Below are positions 59,231 to 64,000 of a DNA stretch of 64,000 bases, one piece after another (the stretch's first letter is position 1; every line of letters starts with the position of its first letter). Under the pieces are notes generated by a model. The model saw only the letters and a program-made list of their open reading frames with translations. It searched no databases and had not been told where the DNA came from. The position numbers were made by a program, and so were the translations under genes. This DNA comes from Verrucomicrobiota bacterium (GTDB taxonomy: Bacteria > Verrucomicrobiota > Verrucomicrobiia > Limisphaerales > CANJXF01): NCBI GenBank assembly GCA_038214755.1, contig JBBQRQ010000017.1, positions 1 to 64,000 on the forward strand. Direction: 5' to 3'.

Positions 59231-59550
59231 TGAATAAAAACAAATCGCTTCGGTGCAACCAAAGCAATGAGCGCCTTCAACTTTTCAAAAAATTTTTCCC
59301 GGAGAATTGAAGCGGAAATCCGAAATCCGAAAGAAGGCCGAAATCCGAAATCCGAAAATAAATTCCACCCCTTGTCGCATCGCCGACCCATGCGTCTCCA
59401 TGGGAAATCTGGACGTATGATTTTCCCGGTGAATAGCATTCGGCGTTTCGCTCAAATGCGCAAACGATGATTTTTCAAAAACAGCTTCGATGCTAATCTT
59501 GACTCCGTGAAAATAATTGAGCCCGGCGTTTTGGAAAACGCCCTCAGCAT

Positions 59551-59892
59551 TCAACCGAGAATCTGTTTGAATAATCCGGCTAAAGCCTGCCTGATTCTCG
59601 CGAGTTCACTGGACGGCAACACCCCGAGTTTTCGCACCACACAAGACTTCTCGATGGTCGCCAGTTTTTCGACGCGAACCGTTGAAGGAAGTTTCAAGCC
59701 CGCGCGCGGCCAATCGGAAAGAACCACGTCCGCCGTTACGCGAGCGGGCTGGCTGGTAATAGGAACCACAAGCAAATCCTCATCCCCGAAATCCTGCACG
59801 ACCAGCACCGGACGGCGTTTCGTTCCTTGTCCGTCGGAAAACATCAGCCACGCGAGCAACACGTCTCCCTGGGCATGGATGGGCGCGGGCAT
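59551..59892 (-). CDS. PemK/MazF-family toxin
   Basis: GDVLL...FSD...KRRPVLVV, VVPITS, AGLKLPSTVRVEKLATI. Confidence 0.92.
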   Translation of the reverse strand: MPAPIHAQGDVLLAWLMFSDGQGTKRRPVLVVQDFGDEDLLVVPITSQPARVTADVVLSDWPRAGLKLPSTVRVEKLATIEKSCVVRKLGVLPSSELARIRQALAGLFKQILG

Positions 59893-60086
59893 CAGTCTTG
59901 ATCGTAAATGGCGTCGGCCGGCGAGTATTGAGCGGCGAGTTGTTGCGCGGAAAAGCGCGACCAGGCGTGGCGCTCGTTGAGTTCTGCCTGCCGCGCCAGC
60001 AAGGAATCCACGTACTGCAACGCTTCCTGCTGAAGTTCATCGGGCAGTTTGCGCGCCTTTTCCAGAATCAATTCGGCTGTGCTCAT
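59892..60086 (-). CDS. DUF2281-like antitoxin
   Basis: KLPDELQQEALQYVDSL; C-terminal YSPADAIYD; coupled to the toxin. Confidence 0.82.
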   Translation of the reverse strand: MSTAELILEKARKLPDELQQEALQYVDSLLARQAELNERHAWSRFSAQQLAAQYSPADAIYDQD

Positions 60087-60200
60087 GGCAACACCCTATC
60101 ACAGGCGGTTCTTCGCGGGCAAGCTGCCAAAAGTAGCCGCGCGATTTCTACCGCGTCACACTTGCCTGCGAGGAAGCGCACGCTCCCATTTCGGTTTTCG

Positions 60201-60277
60201 GCTTCAATGCTCGCGAGTTCTTCCAAAAATTCAGCGGGAGTAATCGCCGTCACGAACTGCCTCTTCAAAATCTTTCA
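60201..60277 (-). pseudogene. internally deleted relic of the PIN toxin 3' end
   Basis: 60201-60254 matches 52498-52551 and 60255-60277 matches 52626-52648. Confidence 0.88.
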
Positions 60278-60300
60278 CGAATGTCGCAGGAGGTTGGCAA

Positions 60301-60328
60301 TTGTCAGACTTTCAAACTGTAGTACTAT
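60301..60328 (+). promoter_or_regulatory. probable sigma-70 promoter of the glycoside hydrolase gene
   Basis: TTGTCA-16 nt-TACTAT, 8 nt before ATG 60337. Confidence 0.55.
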
Positions 60329-60336
60329 CAACATTC

Positions 60337-62448
60337 ATGAAATTTTTTATAATTCTTTCAACCTGTTTTCTGCTCGCGAAAAATTCCGTGGCGCAGTCGA
60401 ACTTATTTTTTTTCACGGATCAATTAGTCAATGGCTTTCAGGACTGGAGTTGGGCGGCGCGCAGTTTGACCAACACGACTCCCGTTTTTTCCGGGACAAA
60501 ATCCATCAAAGTCACCGCGAATTTTTGGGAAGCGTTTTCCACCTATCATCCCGCCTTCAACACGACGCCCTATTCCAACTTTGCTTTTTGGGCGCACGGC
60601 GGAACCAATGCCGGGCAACGATTGCAAATTGTGGTTCGCGCCAACGGACAGGATCAAGCGCCGTATGTTTTGCCCCAGGCTCTCTCAACCAACTGGCAGC
60701 AAATCACGATTTCTCTTTCGCTCCTGGGCGCGGCCAATAAAACCAATTGCGACCGATTCACCATCCAACTCCGCAACGACGGCACGGCCAATCCATTTTT
60801 CCTCGATGACTTGCAATTGACCGCCGCGCCCGCCCCCGCGCTGGTTCGACTCGGCGTTAATGCCGCGCAAAATTTGCGAACGGTCGATGCCCGGTTCTTC
60901 GGAGTGAACACCGCCGTTTGGGACAATTATTTCGACAGCGTCTCGACTTCCAATTTACTGAAAGAAATGGGCTGTCTCACGCTGCGTTTTCCCGGCGGTT
61001 CGCTCTCGGACGAATATCATTGGGCTACCGGAAGGACGGGAACGAATAGTTGGCAGTGGGCGACGACGTTCGGAAATTTTATGCACATTGCCACGAATGC
61101 AGCAGCGCAGGTTTTCATCACGGTCAATTACGGAACCGGCACGCCCGCCGAAGCCGCCGCCTGGGTGCGTCACGCCAACATCACGAATAATTGCGGATTC
61201 AGATATTGGGAAATTGGGAATGAAAATTATGGCTCGTGGGAAACCGACACCAACGTTTCGCCGCACGATCCCTACACTTACGCGGTGCGCGCCAAAGATT
61301 TTATCCAGCAAATGAAAGCGGCGGACCCATCCATCAAAGTGGGTATGGTGGCAGTGACAGGCGAAGATAATTTTGCCAATTACTCGAATCATCCGGCGAC
61401 GAATTCGCGCACCAGCCTCGCGCACAATGGTTGGACGCCGGTGATGTTGACCACGCTGAAAAATCTCGGTGTCACGCCCGATTTCATCGTGCATCACGTC
61501 TATCCCGAATACACGTTTCAAGAGAGCGATCCGTTGCTATTGCAGGCTTCAAGCAATTGGGCGAGTGACGCAGCTGATTTGCGCCAACAAATCACGGATT
61601 ATTTTGGCGCGGGGGGAACGAACATCGAACTGGTTTGCACGGAGAACAACAGCAACTCGGGCGATCAAGGCAAACAATCCACCAGCCTGGTCAATGGACT
61701 TTATTACGCGGATAGCCTCGGCCAAATCATGCGCACGGAATTCAACGCCTTTCTCTGGTGGGATTTGCGGAACGGAACCGACACAACCGGTAACATGGAC
61801 GCGACGCTCTATGGCTGGAGAAATTATGGCGACCTCGGAATGATCAACGGCACGAGCACGCGGCATCCTCCTTTTTACGCGGCGAAACTGATGCAGTATT
61901 TTTCCCGGCCGGGAGATTCAATTCTCTCCGCCAACAGCGATTCACTTTTGCTGTCGTCCTACGCCGCGCGGCACACCAACGGCGAACTTTCTTTTCTCGT
62001 GATCAACAAAAGTCCCGTGACAATTCTGAATGCGCAAATCGCCCTGACCAATTTTCTCCCGTGGACGAATGTCATAGTTCGTTCTTACGGGATTCCGCAG
62101 GATGAAGCGACGCGCACGAACGCGCCGGCCTCGGCGCAAGATATTTCCGTGACAAATTTTATTGTGGGCGGAACTAATTTTAATTACGCCTTCGCTCCTT
62201 ACTCACTAACTCTGTTGAATTTTCCTCCCGCGCCCGCGCGCTTGTCGCCACTGACGATCTCGAATGGCCAAATTATCTTCCAACTTCAAGGGCAAGCTCC
62301 ATCCCGCTACGCCATGCAGACTTCATCGAACCTCACGCTCTGGACCTCAGTCGCCACGAACGCTCTGATCACAAACACGCTGAACCTGACTAACGTGGTG
62401 GCACCGGGCAGTTCAGCAAAATTCTGGCGCGCGGTTTGGCTCCAGTAA
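60337..62448 (+). CDS. secreted clan GH-A glycoside hydrolase (alpha-L-arabinofuranosidase/GH51-like) with an N-terminal carbohydrate-binding-like module
   Basis: FQDWSWA; LRFPGGSLSDEYHW; YWEIGNENYG (acid/base); VCTENN (nucleophile); tail QTSSNL..W...KFWRA. Confidence 0.85.
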   Translation: MKFFIILSTCFLLAKNSVAQSNLFFFTDQLVNGFQDWSWAARSLTNTTPVFSGTKSIKVTANFWEAFSTYHPAFNTTPYSNFAFWAHGGTNAGQRLQIVVRANGQDQAPYVLPQALSTNWQQITISLSLLGAANKTNCDRFTIQLRNDGTANPFFLDDLQLTAAPAPALVRLGVNAAQNLRTVDARFFGVNTAVWDNYFDSVSTSNLLKEMGCLTLRFPGGSLSDEYHWATGRTGTNSWQWATTFGNFMHIATNAAAQVFITVNYGTGTPAEAAAWVRHANITNNCGFRYWEIGNENYGSWETDTNVSPHDPYTYAVRAKDFIQQMKAADPSIKVGMVAVTGEDNFANYSNHPATNSRTSLAHNGWTPVMLTTLKNLGVTPDFIVHHVYPEYTFQESDPLLLQASSNWASDAADLRQQITDYFGAGGTNIELVCTENNSNSGDQGKQSTSLVNGLYYADSLGQIMRTEFNAFLWWDLRNGTDTTGNMDATLYGWRNYGDLGMINGTSTRHPPFYAAKLMQYFSRPGDSILSANSDSLLLSSYAARHTNGELSFLVINKSPVTILNAQIALTNFLPWTNVIVRSYGIPQDEATRTNAPASAQDISVTNFIVGGTNFNYAFAPYSLTLLNFPPAPARLSPLTISNGQIIFQLQGQAPSRYAMQTSSNLTLWTSVATNALITNTLNLTNVVAPGSSAKFWRAVWLQ

Positions 62449-62452
62449 GCTC

Positions 62453-62602
62453 TGGACGGCGGCGGCATGACGCCGCTTTTCCTGCACGCCGTTTAGCACC
62501 GGTAACTCTCGGTATGACTGACGGCTCCTGCTTTTTCCACCGTGCAGCCAAAGCGGGGACATGTCCCCCGCAGTCCAAAGTAGCGCAGGCGTCTCGCCTG
62601 CC
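62453..62602. repeat. free copy of the REP doublet found inside the 200-bp MITE, plus a GTAGCGCAGGCGTCTCGCCTGC half-REP
   Basis: the reverse complement reads TTTGGACTGCGGGGGACATGTCCCCGCTTTGGCTGCACGGTGGAAAA...AAAGCGGCGTCATGCCGCCG; no TIRs. Confidence 0.85.
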
Positions 62603-62669
62603 ACGCTGCTTCACGCCAACCGCGCGTAATTTTTCTTACGCCGCAAAATATTTTCTCCATAATGCAGTT

Positions 62670-63908
62670 GTGCTTTTTCCGCCCCCAAAAAAAACCAGCG
62701 AGCTAAATCGCGTCGCCATTACCGGCGCTGGCATCGTCACCGGTTTTGGTTTGGGTTGGAAAAAAAATTCGGAAGGTTTTCGTCTCGGCAAGACTGCGTT
62801 CCGGGGCGTGACCCTTTTCGATGTTTCGCGGCAACGCGTGAAAACTGCCGCCGAAGTTGATCTCCCGGAAAAATTTCCAAAAACTTTTTTGAGCGAACGT
62901 CACTTGGCCAGGACGGATCGCGCGGCGAAAATTCTGTTGGTCGCGGCGCATGAAGCGTGGCAGCAAGCCCGTTGGACGCCCTCGGAAAATATCCCAATCG
63001 TCCTCGGCACGACCAGCGGCGGAATGAGTCTCGGTGAAAATTATTTTCGCCAGGCCACGACCCAACCGCATTTTCATCATCAACAGGCCTCGCGAATTGT
63101 GCACTACCAGGCGCAGCGACAAGCACTCGATCTGTGTGACGCGTTCGGCTTCAGCGGGCCGATTACTTTGATCGGCAACGCCTGCGCTTCCGGCGCAAAT
63201 GCCATCGGCCATGCCTGGGAATTAATTCGCACTGGCCAGGCTGAACGCGTTCTCGCCGGCGGTTACGACGCGTTGAGCCAACTTGTTTTTTCCGGCTTCG
63301 ATTCGCTGCAAGCGTTGTCGCCCACCCGCTGTCGCCCCTTCGATGCGCATCGCGATGGACTGGCTCTGGGCGAAGGCGCGGCGGTGTTAACGCTCGAAAC
63401 ATTTCAAGCCGCAGAAAAACGCGGCGCGGAAATTCTCGGCGAAATTGTCGGCTACGGCGCGGCCACCGATTCGCATCATCTTACCCAACCGCATCCGAAC
63501 GGCGATGCCGCGCTGGCTTCCATGAATTTCGCTGCGCAAGCGGCCAATTTGGATGCGGAAAAAATTGGCTACATCAACGCACACGGCACCGGTACTCCAC
63601 TCAACGACAGCGCGGAAGCCGCGGCGATCAATCGTTTCGCGGGAGAACACAAAACAAATGTGCCGGTTAGTTCAACCAAGTCAGGCATCGGCCATTTGCT
63701 CGGCGCGGCGGGCGCGGTGGAAACAATTGTTTGTCTCATGGCGTTGCGCGAACAATGGCTCCCGCCATCGATTTTGGAAACGCCTGATCCAGCGTGTGGT
63801 TTTCCAATTGTGCGAGAACCGACTGACGCGAAATTGGAATACGCATTGACCAATTCGTTTGGTTTCGGCGGAGCCAACGCCACTTTGATTTTGCGGAGGG
63901 CAGCGTGA
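62670..63908 (+). CDS. beta-ketoacyl-ACP synthase (FabF-like)
   Basis: NACASG, PFDAHRDG...GEGA, NAHGTGT, KSGIGHLLGAAG, NSFGFGG; start uncertain (GTG 62670). Confidence 0.9.
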   Translation: MLFPPPKKTSELNRVAITGAGIVTGFGLGWKKNSEGFRLGKTAFRGVTLFDVSRQRVKTAAEVDLPEKFPKTFLSERHLARTDRAAKILLVAAHEAWQQARWTPSENIPIVLGTTSGGMSLGENYFRQATTQPHFHHQQASRIVHYQAQRQALDLCDAFGFSGPITLIGNACASGANAIGHAWELIRTGQAERVLAGGYDALSQLVFSGFDSLQALSPTRCRPFDAHRDGLALGEGAAVLTLETFQAAEKRGAEILGEIVGYGAATDSHHLTQPHPNGDAALASMNFAAQAANLDAEKIGYINAHGTGTPLNDSAEAAAINRFAGEHKTNVPVSSTKSGIGHLLGAAGAVETIVCLMALREQWLPPSILETPDPACGFPIVREPTDAKLEYALTNSFGFGGANATLILRRAA

Positions 63909-63970
63909 AAGAAATCAACGGGGTAGGGCGAGACTCGCGGTCGTGTTGTCCAAATCAAAATCACGCGGAC

Positions 63971-64000
63971 GGAGCGCGGCGTTCACGCCGCTTCAACGCC
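63971..64000. repeat. GGAGCGCGGCGTTCACGCCGCTTCA REP arm, cut by the window edge
   Basis: intact version of the arm that is interrupted at 11010-11378. Confidence 0.75.

Noticed and set aside
59464..59548. Possible Uma2-like C-terminal remnant (YFHGVKISIEAVFEK) after the MazF toxin
   Set aside because: Too short to assign without a search
62670..63908. Ketosynthase as the start of a polyketide cluster
   Set aside because: Downstream context is cut by the window edge; only FabF-like family membership is supportable

Overview
A 64-kb stretch of bacterial chromosome, most likely from Verrucomicrobiota of the Pedosphaera/Limisphaerales type. That assignment is an inference from the PEP-CTERM protein, DUF1559-type prepilin, Ig-repeat and 'STNL..W...FYR'-tailed secreted proteins, and the repeat families. 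Housekeeping genes (rpiB, xerD, fabD, rpoD, rnc, thrC, ssrA/tmRNA, glgA, a FabF-like KAS) alternate with accessory modules. These include an ECF sigma operon, a TonB receptor/9xIg protein/YfiR/two-kinase island, three type II toxin-antitoxin pairs, an ORF6N gene, a Fic gene plus a truncated type IIG restriction-modification gene, two further two-component systems, a Tat ferritin-like/PEP-CTERM pair, a sulfatase and a glycoside hydrolase. No CRISPR array, rRNA, standard tRNA or transposase is visible. The most striking structure is non-coding: a dense set of palindromic elements (GTAG-type REP doublets, 7-9-mer inverted microsatellite elements, and TIR-bounded MITEs with clear target-site duplications). 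These nest inside each other, carry different inner cargo, insert into other hairpins (including an attC-like site), supply stop codons to genes and are translated in frame inside proteins. Two loci also show accessory cassettes bracketed by partial duplications of neighbouring sequence. Product calls rest on motif recognition only; no database searches were run.
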